Source of the DNA: an uncultured Methanosarcinaceae archaeon
GTDB lineage: Archaea > Halobacteriota > Methanosarcinia > Methanosarcinales > Methanosarcinaceae
Length of the DNA stretch: 64,000 nucleotides
Direction of reading: 5' to 3'
NCBI GenBank assembly: GCA_963721455.1
Contig: CAVRJG010000039.1
Location: 128,001 to 192,000, forward strand
Translations under genes and position numbers: made by a program
Notes under the pieces: generated by a model
Database searches by the model: none
Told to the model about the DNA's origin: nothing
What the model saw: only the letters and a program-made list of their open reading frames with translations
Part shown: positions 29,964 through 39,785 of the stretch, piece after piece
How the letters are laid out: the number at the start of each line of letters is the position of its first letter
Numbering within the stretch: the stretch's first letter is position 1

Positions 29964-31441
29964 TGCTCATATTCGGTTATCTGGCAGTGGGAGCTATAGC
30001 CCTTGCCCTTATTCTGATTTCAAAGTCTCACAAGGCAATGAATGCTTTTTCCGTGATACATACACTTGTGTTTCTCGCAATCGGCCTTTATGTACTGCTA
30101 ACTACCGCAGTCCCGACTTTTGAGACCGGAAGCAGGTACTTTTATGTGGACCATCTCAGCATCTACGAAGTTCTGATTGCAGCTTTGCTGTTCTTCCTGG
30201 CTTCTGTCTATGCAAACGGTTATGTAGAAAGCCTGATGCAGGCCCAGGAAATGCACAGGAATAACCTGAAAATATTTTATATGGCTTTTAGCCTCCTACT
30301 TACTACAACGACCCTGGCTTTCTTTTCCGATAACCTTGCTCTATTCTGGATCTTTGCCGAGCTGACGACGGTCTTTTCAGCCGCACTTGTAGCAATCCTG
30401 TCTGCCAAAGAAAATATTGACGCTGCCCTTAAATACATCTTTATAGCTTCCGGAGCCATGCTTTTTTCATTTATAGGGCTGATCTTTCTGTATACACTCT
30501 CTGGAGAAGTTCTGGGCAGCGGGACCCTGAACTGGACCATGTTGATGGAAAATGCAGCCCTTCTGTCCCCCAAAATGCTGACTGCAAGTTTTGTATTTTT
30601 GTTTATCGGCTTTGCAGCAAAATCCGGGATTTTCCCCTTCCATACCTGGCTTCCGGATGCCCACTCAAAAGCCCCTTCAGCAGTAAGCGCCATCTTATCA
30701 GGAGTCCTGTTAAACGTAGGCATGTATGGAATTCTCCGGATGTACGCAGTTGTCCGGCAAACGCAAGCTGAACATCTGGTATCCCAGTTCCTGATGTGCT
30801 TTGGACTGCTTACGGTAGCAGTTGCGGTCCTGAATATGCTTTTGCAGAGAAACCAGAAGATGCTGATTGCCTTTTCAAGTATGGAACATATGGGCATTCT
30901 CCTCATCGGGATAGGGGTTGGAACACCTCTTTCTCTCTTCTGGACGCTTTTTTATGTCCTGGCTCACTCGCTGACCAAAGCCTCGCTCTTCTTTTCGGCA
31001 GGCATCCTGCACCGGCAATACGAAAGTAACATGATCCAGGACATGAGAGACGTCCTTTCGCTCCAGCCCATTGCAGGCTGGGGATTTATCATTGGGAGCT
31101 TTGCAATCATCGGCATGCCTCCTTTCCCGATCTTTTCGGCCAAACTCTTCATCCTGTTAGAAGCTTTCAGATTTTCGAAACCGCTTGTCTTTGCAATTCT
31201 ACTCCTGCTGGTCATCGCATCAGCGGCATTTGCAAGGTTTTTAATCGAGGCCTTTAGCCGGAGTTCGAAAGACGCTGGAACTGGGGAGCCGGAAACTCCA
31301 CTTGTTCCGTATATAGTCAGGAATGGGATGAAATTTCCGATCCTTGCAATAATTTTCATTACCCTGTCACTCGGAGTTTTCTTTCCGGAATCTCTGGAAA
31401 ACCTGTTGAACGAAGTCGTGTATGAGCTTGGATACATTTGA
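29963..31441 (+). CDS. hyfF: Ehr / hydrogenase-4 antiporter-like subunit (HyfF-like)
   Basis: HTWLPDAHSKAPS, AFSSMEH, HSLTKA, GMPPF. Confidence 0.85.
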   Translation: MLIFGYLAVGAIALALILISKSHKAMNAFSVIHTLVFLAIGLYVLLTTAVPTFETGSRYFYVDHLSIYEVLIAALLFFLASVYANGYVESLMQAQEMHRNNLKIFYMAFSLLLTTTTLAFFSDNLALFWIFAELTTVFSAALVAILSAKENIDAALKYIFIASGAMLFSFIGLIFLYTLSGEVLGSGTLNWTMLMENAALLSPKMLTASFVFLFIGFAAKSGIFPFHTWLPDAHSKAPSAVSAILSGVLLNVGMYGILRMYAVVRQTQAEHLVSQFLMCFGLLTVAVAVLNMLLQRNQKMLIAFSSMEHMGILLIGIGVGTPLSLFWTLFYVLAHSLTKASLFFSAGILHRQYESNMIQDMRDVLSLQPIAGWGFIIGSFAIIGMPPFPIFSAKLFILLEAFRFSKPLVFAILLLLVIASAAFARFLIEAFSRSSKDAGTGEPETPLVPYIVRNGMKFPILAIIFITLSLGVFFPESLENLLNEVVYELGYI

Positions 31442-31459
31442 GTAGGAGGCAAAGAGAAG

Positions 31460-33124
31460 ATGAATTCAAATCAAAACACACCGGGTCCCCTGGTCATGGC
31501 AGATCCGAAATTAATAGATGATTGCCAGCTTCCAATGAATCCTGCAATTCCGGCGACCCAGTACATTACGAATTTATTAAATGATGTTTCAGGCAAACAG
31601 CCACTAATCAGGAAGGGAAAGAGTAATGAATTATACATTCCTCTCGGAGAAGAAGAGTTTTTGAAGACCGTACCTGTTCTTTCCCAAAAGGGCTTTATCT
31701 TGATAAGCCTGTTTTGCGTCCAGGGTTTTGAGGGAAGCCCTGGGTTTACTCTCTTTTATGTTTTCAGGAGGAGTGGTTTTACTGACGTATTTGCATTTAT
31801 GCGGCATGTAAGAGCCGGAACGACCTCCATTGCCACGATTTTTCCTTCTGCCTGCTGGTATGAACGAGAAATCCGGGACGGATTTGGGGTAGAATTCAAG
31901 GATGCCTTTGACAAGAGGAGGCTCTTTTTGCATGAAGCATACCCTGAAGGCTTTCACCCTCTCCTGAAATCTGTTAAAAATGGAAAAATCCAGGCGGTCG
32001 AAAACCCCAGGGAAGCGTATCCTTTCAAGCAGGTGGATGGCGAAGGCGTGTACCAGATTCCGGTAGGGCCAGTCCATGCTGGAATCATTGAGCCAGGCCA
32101 TTTCAGGTTCAGCGTAATTGGAGAGCACATTTTCAACCTCGAAATTCGGCTCTTTTACAAACACCGGGGAATCGAAAAACTTGCCGAGGGAAAAACGCCC
32201 TCTGCCTGTGTCCCGATTGCCGAAGCCATAAGCGGGGACGAAACGGTTGCCAATGCTGTTGCCTTCTGCATGGCCGTAGAAAAGATCGCGGGAATCGAAG
32301 TTAAAGCCAGAGCCAACCACTTGAGGGCTATTCTTCTGGAAATGGAGCGCATCTACTCGCATATGGGCGACCTCTCAGGCATGATTACTGATATAGGATT
32401 CCCACGGATGACCACACCTTTCCTCATCCTGCGTGAAAATATTTTCAGGCAAAACGAGCTTCTCACAGGCTCCCGGTTTATGAGAAACACTGTAGATATC
32501 GGAGGCGTGAAAACGGATATTTCAGGAGAGACCCTTTCAAAGCTCTCCCACTATTTGGAAACGTTTGCACCGAAGTTTGAATCCGCTGTTGCATCTGTCA
32601 GAGCTTCTTCGTCCCTTATTGACAGGTTTTCAACAACCGGGGTCCTAAAAAAGAGACTCATTGCTCCGCTTAACCTTACGGGCCCCATTGCCCGAGCGTC
32701 TGGGGCTTCTTATGATGTCCGGCTTGACCATCCCTACGGGATCTATGGATACAAGTCTCCGGAAAGAAAGATAAGGGCTACAGGAGATGTCCTTTCCCGC
32801 TTTAAAGTTAAGGCCGCAGAAGTTCAGGATTCAGTCTCCCTTATACGAAAACTCATAGCCTCAGCTTCGGACTACCCGGCAACTTCCGGAGTAGCAGTTT
32901 CAAAGATTCCTGACGGGTATGCTCTTTCGATGGTGGAAGCCCCAAGGGGCCAGAACCTTCACTGGGTTTATGTGAAAGGCGGGCTAATCGACCGCTACAA
33001 AATACGGACCGCATCTTTCTGCAACTGGCGAGCAATCGAACACGCAGTCCTCGGCAACATTGTCCCTGACTTTCCACTGATAAACAAGAGCCTGAACCTC
33101 TCATATGCAGGTACCGATCTCTGA
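31460..33124 (+). CDS. Ehr large subunit (NuoCD/HycE-like, lacks the NiFe cysteines)
   Basis: VGPVHAGIIEPGHFRF, YKHRGIEK, EAPRG; CxxC motifs replaced by AISGDETV and NLSYAGTDL. Confidence 0.88.
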   Translation: MNSNQNTPGPLVMADPKLIDDCQLPMNPAIPATQYITNLLNDVSGKQPLIRKGKSNELYIPLGEEEFLKTVPVLSQKGFILISLFCVQGFEGSPGFTLFYVFRRSGFTDVFAFMRHVRAGTTSIATIFPSACWYEREIRDGFGVEFKDAFDKRRLFLHEAYPEGFHPLLKSVKNGKIQAVENPREAYPFKQVDGEGVYQIPVGPVHAGIIEPGHFRFSVIGEHIFNLEIRLFYKHRGIEKLAEGKTPSACVPIAEAISGDETVANAVAFCMAVEKIAGIEVKARANHLRAILLEMERIYSHMGDLSGMITDIGFPRMTTPFLILRENIFRQNELLTGSRFMRNTVDIGGVKTDISGETLSKLSHYLETFAPKFESAVASVRASSSLIDRFSTTGVLKKRLIAPLNLTGPIARASGASYDVRLDHPYGIYGYKSPERKIRATGDVLSRFKVKAAEVQDSVSLIRKLIASASDYPATSGVAVSKIPDGYALSMVEAPRGQNLHWVYVKGGLIDRYKIRTASFCNWRAIEHAVLGNIVPDFPLINKSLNLSYAGTDL

Positions 33125-33134
33125 GGTGAAACGA

Positions 33135-33647
33135 ATGGTAAACCCACTTACGTATGTCTTCCGCCGAAAAGTGACGGAAAAATTCGACTTTTCAGACGCT
33201 GAACTCGAAGCTCTAGGCTCCGAACTGAAAGCAGAAGTTAACCAGGTTTTCGGGAACAGCCTTGCAATCCGCGAACTGGATTCAGGCAGCGATAACTCGA
33301 CAGAGATTGAGATTTCAAACCTCGGAACTCCACACTATGATGTTGAAAGGTTCGGGATCTCTTTTGTGGCTTCCCCAAGACATGCTGATGTCCTGCTGGT
33401 GACAGGCGCAGTCACCTTAAACATGGCTGAAGCCGTTATGAAAACCTATGAAGCCATGCCCTCCCCGAAGTTCGTGGTAGCAGTCGGAAATGACGCCTGC
33501 GACGGCGGGATCTATAAAGGTTCCTATGCCGTACTTGGCGGAGTTGACAAAATCCTGCCAGTGGATATAAAAATCCCTGGAAACCCCCCTTCCCCGAAAG
33601 AAATCCTGCGTGGAATTTTTGCCCTGGTAAAAAAAGCTTCGAAATAA
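33135..33647 (+). CDS. Ehr small subunit (NuoB/HycG-like)
   Basis: YDVERFG, SPRHADVLLVTG, PKFVVAVG, IPGNPP. Confidence 0.85.
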   Translation: MVNPLTYVFRRKVTEKFDFSDAELEALGSELKAEVNQVFGNSLAIRELDSGSDNSTEIEISNLGTPHYDVERFGISFVASPRHADVLLVTGAVTLNMAEAVMKTYEAMPSPKFVVAVGNDACDGGIYKGSYAVLGGVDKILPVDIKIPGNPPSPKEILRGIFALVKKASK

Positions 33648-33769
33648 CAGTGAAAACAGTTTATTTTTTTTAAACTTTTTTTGTACCCATAGTAATTTTA
33701 TCAATTGTTCAATTTACACGATCGCTTTTTGATTAATTTTCCATATCATCGCTACATTCTTGATTTGTT

Positions 33770-33810
33770 ATAGGGAAGTGACGCTTAGTTTCATAGGGAA
33801 GTGACGCTTA
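33770..33810. repeat. 18-bp direct repeat abutting a TATA-like box
   Basis: ATAGGGAAGTGACGCTTA at 33770-33787 and 33793-33810. Confidence 0.8.
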
Positions 33811-33913
33811 TATACAATGAAATAAAGATTTTATGGGTTTTACGCTCAAATAAGGAAATGAAAACTGACATCATTTAAAATGTTAAATTATTTCAGAAAC
33901 CGGCAGATTGAAT

Positions 33914-34792
33914 ATGCAAGCCGAGAGAGATATTACCCCCAGAGAACCAAAACTTTCAGTTAAAGAAGCCGAAGCTCTGGGCTATTACGATTTTATGAGT
34001 TATCTGGGAGTACCCTATTATCATGTAGGCGGCCTTACCTCTACCAAAAAACTTGCTGAGTTATGCAGGATTGACTCTACGAAAAAAGTCCTGATGGTTG
34101 GATGTGGGACCGGTTTTTCTGCCTGTTACCTTGCCAGAAAAATCGGCTGTGAGGTTGTAGGAATTGATATTGCGGAACTTTCGATTGAGGAAGCAAAAGA
34201 AAGGGCAAAAAGACAGGGAGTTTCAGATAAAGCGAAATTCAGAGTAGGGGATGCTTACGCCCTGCCCTTTGAAGCAGGGACTTTCGATGCCGTGATAACA
34301 GAGTTTGTGTCCCAGTTTTTAGACAGGAAAAGAGCCTTCAAAGAATTCGCAAGGGTCCTGAAGCCGGGGGCTTATGTGGGGATAAACGAAATGTATAGAG
34401 AAAAAGAGATTCCTGCTAAAGCCGCCGAAGAAATCGCTCAAGCCGAACAAAAAATTGGAGAAATAACAGGGCTTCCGTTTTCCCTGTCGTCACCTGAAGA
34501 ATGGAAAGAAGAACTTGAAAGAGCAGGCCTGAAAGATGTTAATGTAAGAATGTACAAACATATCCAGTACCTTCAAGAAACAAAATACATGGCAGAAGCG
34601 ATGGGAGGAACCTGGAGCTTTATAAAGTTCCTTATCGATCCGCTCTTGAAAATGGTGAAGTACTCCCTCTTAAGCAGAAAGATTCGATACCGGTTCAAAA
34701 GGCTGGGAGAAAGTAAAAAAATCCTCATCCGAAAAAAATCAACCGCAAAATATGTGGGTTATGTACTGGCTACAGGAAGAAAAGATTTGTAA
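33914..34792 (+). CDS. Class I SAM-dependent methyltransferase
   Basis: VLMVGCGTG, GDAYALPF..FD, RVLKPG. Confidence 0.88.
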   Translation: MQAERDITPREPKLSVKEAEALGYYDFMSYLGVPYYHVGGLTSTKKLAELCRIDSTKKVLMVGCGTGFSACYLARKIGCEVVGIDIAELSIEEAKERAKRQGVSDKAKFRVGDAYALPFEAGTFDAVITEFVSQFLDRKRAFKEFARVLKPGAYVGINEMYREKEIPAKAAEEIAQAEQKIGEITGLPFSLSSPEEWKEELERAGLKDVNVRMYKHIQYLQETKYMAEAMGGTWSFIKFLIDPLLKMVKYSLLSRKIRYRFKRLGESKKILIRKKSTAKYVGYVLATGRKDL

Positions 34793-35132
34793 AAGGACAG
34801 AAAATTGCCTGACCAGGCAAAAAAAGAATGCCAAAGCTGTTTAATAGAAAAATAATTGATAAAAGAAATGTTTGATAAAAATCCTCTAAAAAGAGAAAAA
34901 ATCGAAAAAAGTATTTTAACTTAAGGAAAATAAATGTTTTTTGGAAAAAAATATAAAGGATCAACTGAAAAGTAGCGCAGTAGTATTGCAAGAAGTTCCT
35001 TCAGGGTTTTTCTGGTGAGGAAGTTTATGGTGAGGAAGAAAGAACTTTTGCCAATACAGGTTGCTTTCTGAAAAGAAATAAAGGAGAAATGTCTCTTCTA
35101 TATTTAGAAGCTTCTCGGGGAGATGGAACAAA

Positions 35133-35918
35133 ATGAAAATATCGCTTATTGATCTGGCATTTCTTTCAGAAAAGAGAAAGGATGTATTACTCCTGCTAGA
35201 AGAAGGGCCTAAAACTGGGGACGAAATAAAAACGGCCCTCAACGTCAACTCAACCTCTATTATGCCCCAGATCAAAAAACTAAAAGAGGGGCGCCTGATA
35301 GTACAGGATGATAGAAATACATACAGGCTCTCTGAAATGGGAGAGATAGTAGTCGAAAAGATGGAGCCTCTGCTGGATACCGTGAGGGTTTTCGAGGAAA
35401 ATTACGATTACTGGACAAGCCATGACTTTACTGCAATCCCCGAGAATCTCCTTAACAGAATTGATGAACTGGGGAACTATTTCATGCTTGAGGCCGACCT
35501 TAACCGGCTTTTTGAACTACCAGAGGATTTTAAGAATAACCTCCTGGAATCAAAGCACGTAAAAATGTTCCTTTCATATTTCAACCCTCTTCACGTTGAG
35601 ATTTACTCTGAACTTGCGAAAAAAGGATCTGAAATGTGTCTTATCCTGACAGAACCGGTATTTGACAGGATGAAAAAGGACTACTACGAGGACCTGAAGT
35701 CTCTTATGGAATCAAAAAACATTGAGATTTACATCTGTGACAAAAACGTAACCCTCAAAGATGTGGTAACAGAGCGGTTCTGCTCGCTTGTGCTTTTCGA
35801 CAAAAAGGGAAAGTTCGACCATCAACGCCTTATGAGTTTTGACGAGAGCGCACTTAAATGGTGCGAAGAACTCTTTTTGTATTATAAAGAGATGTCAACA
35901 CATCTGGAGGAATTATAA
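35133..35918 (+). CDS. Msr-type winged-HTH transcriptional regulator
   Basis: FLSEKRKDVLLLL N-terminus and SFDESALKW C-terminus; paralogous to 58761 and 59884. Confidence 0.85.
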   Translation: MKISLIDLAFLSEKRKDVLLLLEEGPKTGDEIKTALNVNSTSIMPQIKKLKEGRLIVQDDRNTYRLSEMGEIVVEKMEPLLDTVRVFEENYDYWTSHDFTAIPENLLNRIDELGNYFMLEADLNRLFELPEDFKNNLLESKHVKMFLSYFNPLHVEIYSELAKKGSEMCLILTEPVFDRMKKDYYEDLKSLMESKNIEIYICDKNVTLKDVVTERFCSLVLFDKKGKFDHQRLMSFDESALKWCEELFLYYKEMSTHLEEL

Positions 35919-35951
35919 TCGTTTTTCTGAAGTTAAGATTAATAGTTAAGA

Positions 35952-36320
35952 TTAATATTCTCCGAGATATTTATCGATCAGAGTCCTGAATCTGTGGATA
36001 TCGATGGGTTTGGAAACGTAGTCTACACAGCCCATTTCTATGAAATGCTCTTCGCTGCCTTTCATAGCATGAGCGGTAACCGCTATCACAGGGATATCTG
36101 CAGTCGCAGGATTCCTCTTAATTCGCTCGAGAACCTCAAGGCCGTCCATCTTCGGAAGCTGCATATCCAGTAGAATGATATCGAATTTTTTCTCCGCAAG
36201 GCGTTCAAGCGCCTTTATCCCATCCTCGGCCTCAGTTACGTTATGCCCGTAGAATTCCAGAAGGTCCAGAATCAGTTCCATGTTCAGAGGATTATCTTCA
36301 ACAATCAGAATTTTTTTCAT
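35952..36320 (-). CDS. Single-domain response regulator
   Basis: ILIVED, LLDMQLPKMDG, VTAH, SKP. Confidence 0.92.
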   Translation of the reverse strand: MKKILIVEDNPLNMELILDLLEFYGHNVTEAEDGIKALERLAEKKFDIILLDMQLPKMDGLEVLERIKRNPATADIPVIAVTAHAMKGSEEHFIEMGCVDYVSKPIDIHRFRTLIDKYLGEY

Positions 36321-39300
36321 CATTACGCCTCTTCAGCATAGCTAATTGTTTTATCCTATTAATTAACTCTTTTCTTCCGAAAGTGCCCTTTTTCATGATG
36401 AAAATAAAATTCCCTTTCAGGTCACTGTTCAGTTCTTCGAGATTCTTCTCAGTGAGTTCTCCAGAGGTGCACACGATAAGAGGAATGTCTTTTGTGCGTA
36501 CATTTGCCCTCATGCTGGATATAATATCAAACCCGTTGATTTCCGGCATTATGAGATCAAGAATCAGGATATCGGGCTGCTGTTCTGAAAATAGCTTTTG
36601 CAGCCCTTCTCTCCCACTGTAAGCTTTGATCACCTCAAAGCCATCGGACTCGATCATTGAGTTCAACAGTTCTACAGTATTCTCATCATCATCTACGATA
36701 AGAACTCTTGGATTTTCGAACCGGAACTTGCTGGTGATTTCTTTGAGGGAAGACACCAGCTCAGCTCTTCTTATTGGCTTTGTAAAGGAATATGTTGCGC
36801 CGAGGGCAATTCCAAGCTCGTTATTATTGGTCATGGAAATAATAAGTACCGGGATAGAGGCAGTGTGAGGGTCATTTTTGAGCTGCCTCAAGACCAGCCA
36901 GCCGTTGGTGTCCGGTAGGAAGACATCAAGGGTGATAATTTGGGGTTTGAGTGTCTTTGCAACCTTTAAAACGTCTTTTCCAGTATAAAGGGATGCCACA
37001 CTGTACCCGGCTTCTCTGAGGACAATCGAAATAAGTTCATTTGAATTCTTGTCGTCATCAACTACCAGAACGAGCTCCTGTTTCGTACCTTCCTTCTCAG
37101 AGGGATAAACTTTAGGAAATTCTATTTCTTCCTGTAAATCTTCGATATTTCCCTTTACCGAAAGTGCTGCTGCTTTGTTTATTTCGAACTCTATGGTTAT
37201 ATCTTTGAGTTCTACTTCGTCAGCTCTCCTGAGTTCGAACGGTTTTCTGAGGGGAACTGCAAATGTAAAGGTACTGCCTTTACCAGGATCGCTTTCAACC
37301 CAGATATCTCCCTGATGCATATTTACAAGTTTCTTTACAAGAGCCAGCCCGAGTCCTGTCCCACAATACTGTCGGGTTGCTGAAGCATCAATCTGAGTAA
37401 AAGGCTGGAAAAGTTTCCTCTGATCTTCAGCAGAAATGCCTATGCCAGAATCTATAACTGAAATAAGCGCCCGACTTCCACTTTTTTTGCAATAAACAGA
37501 GACTTTTCCGCCGTTGGGGGTGAATTTGATTGCATTGCTTGTAAGGTTATAAAGGATCTGGATCAGGCGACCTCTGTCGGCTTCAAGCGTTGTAAAGTCG
37601 GATTCTACGTTAAAAGTTGCTTCAAGGGATTTTGACTGGGCAAGAGGAGAAAGAACTGCTCTAACCTCTTCAAAAACAGAATTAATAGAAAACTCACTGT
37701 AGTGAAGTTCCATTTTCCCGGCTTCTACTTTTGAGAGATCAAGGATATCATTTATAAGTTCCAGCAAATGCCCTCCACTGGTAGAGATATTGCTTACATA
37801 TCTCAATTGCTTTTCATTGAGTTCCCCAAAAACCCTCTCAAGGAGAATATCCGAAAATCCTATAATAGAATTCAGAGGTGTTCGTAACTCATGGCTCATA
37901 TTTGCAAGAAATTCACTCTTGGTCCGGTTGGCTGCCTCAGCTTCCAGTTTTGCCTGAAGCAGCTTTTCTTCCGAACGTTTATGTGCGGTAATGTCGAGAC
38001 CTGTTTTCAGGACACCGGTAATCCTGCCGTCTTTATCCTTTATAAGACTTGCATGAACCATCCAGACCTTTCCGTCCGGTGTAACTACTTCCCCGAACTC
38101 TTCGTTTCCGGATTCCAGTACTTTCAGTGCAGGAGATTTGCCTGAATTATTTTTATATAAAATATAGACGTCTTCATAATGGCGCCCGATAACATCCTCA
38201 AGTTTCATGCCCATATGATTAAGAGCCGCTTCGTTTACCCAGATTATTTTCAATTCGGGATCCATAAAAACTACGAGTTCACTGAGAGAATCGAGGATTA
38301 CTTTTTTTTCCTGTTCCTGGATTTTAAAATTATCAGAGGTAGTTCTCAGCCGGTTAAGCATCTGGTTTATCCCCTCTGACAGCCTTGAGAGTTCATCATC
38401 CCCGTCCATAGAAAATTGTTCGGAAAAATTCTCATCCTTTCCGACCTTTTCTACAAAGCTATCAATTGCAACTATTCGGGACACTACTTCCCTATCAAGA
38501 AGGAACTTACAACCTGCCCCAATCGTGAGGCCTGCAAACAAAAGGAAAAACACAATGTAGCGGAGGGATTTCTGGCCCTCGGCATAGATATCGCTGTATG
38601 CGTCAGTCCGGACTACAATAGTTGGGCTTCCGGAAATATCTTTAAGAACAGAATAGCCTGTAACTCTTTCTCCGGCTGTTGTATACATAAAATTCGGATT
38701 TTTACTTTCAAAAAAAGCCTGCTGGAAATCAGGGGGCACACTGTTGAAACTGTAGAGCGCAATTGTGTACCCTGTACTTTCCTGGACGGATTCGATGAAA
38801 CCCTCATCCAGGCTTTTTCCAAGAATGATTGTACCTGAGATTTCTTTATTCTCGGGTGTAGCAAGCACAGGCTGGCTGGAGATAACTGCAGGACCGTTTT
38901 CCAGTAGGATTAAGCCTTTTAATGGAGTTTCAGCCTCTTTAAAGAGGAAACTGCCGTCATTTATTCTCTGGCGGATTTCGGGAAGGTTAGAAGCGTTAAT
39001 AGAGCTATTAAAACCCGAAACTTCGGAATACACGACATACCCTGAATTATTTACCAGAAAAATAAAATCACATTCACTGATGGAAAAAATGTCAGTAAAT
39101 ACAATTTCACTGAAATTATGAGAGCCCTGACCGAGCACTAAATCCCTGATATCCTCCCTTGAAGAAAGAGCAGCGTTGGTCTTATCCAGATCCAGAATTT
39201 GAAAATTAATTATGTTTTCAACCTTTTCTACGTTGTCAGTTGCCTCTTCTTCCTGCAAATCGGAAAAACTGGAATAGAGAATGCTCTGGGATGCAAAAAT

Positions 39301-39366
39301 AACAACTGAAGTAAGAAGAGCAAAAATAACATAGATAATAACGAGGATCTTTCTACTGACATTCAT
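36298..39366 (-). CDS. Membrane hybrid histidine kinase (CHASE4-HAMP-PAS-HisKA-HATPase-REC-REC)
   Basis: FLANMSHELRTPLN, NAIKFT, DSGIG, GTGLGL; two receiver domains; two TM segments. Confidence 0.9.
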   Translation of the reverse strand: MNVSRKILVIIYVIFALLTSVVIFASQSILYSSFSDLQEEEATDNVEKVENIINFQILDLDKTNAALSSREDIRDLVLGQGSHNFSEIVFTDIFSISECDFIFLVNNSGYVVYSEVSGFNSSINASNLPEIRQRINDGSFLFKEAETPLKGLILLENGPAVISSQPVLATPENKEISGTIILGKSLDEGFIESVQESTGYTIALYSFNSVPPDFQQAFFESKNPNFMYTTAGERVTGYSVLKDISGSPTIVVRTDAYSDIYAEGQKSLRYIVFFLLFAGLTIGAGCKFLLDREVVSRIVAIDSFVEKVGKDENFSEQFSMDGDDELSRLSEGINQMLNRLRTTSDNFKIQEQEKKVILDSLSELVVFMDPELKIIWVNEAALNHMGMKLEDVIGRHYEDVYILYKNNSGKSPALKVLESGNEEFGEVVTPDGKVWMVHASLIKDKDGRITGVLKTGLDITAHKRSEEKLLQAKLEAEAANRTKSEFLANMSHELRTPLNSIIGFSDILLERVFGELNEKQLRYVSNISTSGGHLLELINDILDLSKVEAGKMELHYSEFSINSVFEEVRAVLSPLAQSKSLEATFNVESDFTTLEADRGRLIQILYNLTSNAIKFTPNGGKVSVYCKKSGSRALISVIDSGIGISAEDQRKLFQPFTQIDASATRQYCGTGLGLALVKKLVNMHQGDIWVESDPGKGSTFTFAVPLRKPFELRRADEVELKDITIEFEINKAAALSVKGNIEDLQEEIEFPKVYPSEKEGTKQELVLVVDDDKNSNELISIVLREAGYSVASLYTGKDVLKVAKTLKPQIITLDVFLPDTNGWLVLRQLKNDPHTASIPVLIISMTNNNELGIALGATYSFTKPIRRAELVSSLKEITSKFRFENPRVLIVDDDENTVELLNSMIESDGFEVIKAYSGREGLQKLFSEQQPDILILDLIMPEINGFDIISSMRANVRTKDIPLIVCTSGELTEKNLEELNSDLKGNFIFIMKKGTFGRKELINRIKQLAMLKRRNDEKNSDC

Positions 39367-39785
39367 ACTTTAAACTCGGAGCCTAGGGTTTTGGGTTGAA
39401 GTATGCAGGGAAGTTTATAACATATTAGTGACAGATAAACTTAAATTAGAATCTATATAAAAGTTTTCTATAAGCTATCATGATAAAAAAAATTTCTCTT
39501 AATTCAAAGAGCATGAAGAGAATAGTTCCTTTTTTTCATAGAAAAAGATTTTAAAGTCGCTTATGTGAGAAAAAAATGTTTAAATGAGGAGTAAAAATCA
39601 AAAATGAATTTAATCTTGCGGAAGTAAAAAACAAAGTTAGTGGCTTGGAACTTCCAGAAGTAGAAGGATATGTGAACTACTGTTTAAACCGTCGATTAAA
39701 TGTCCGTTATCCAGTGTTTAATCCTTATTTAATTCATCGCACCCATTTTATAAGTTATTCAGCTCATCCATAGCCGCTGTTCGAG

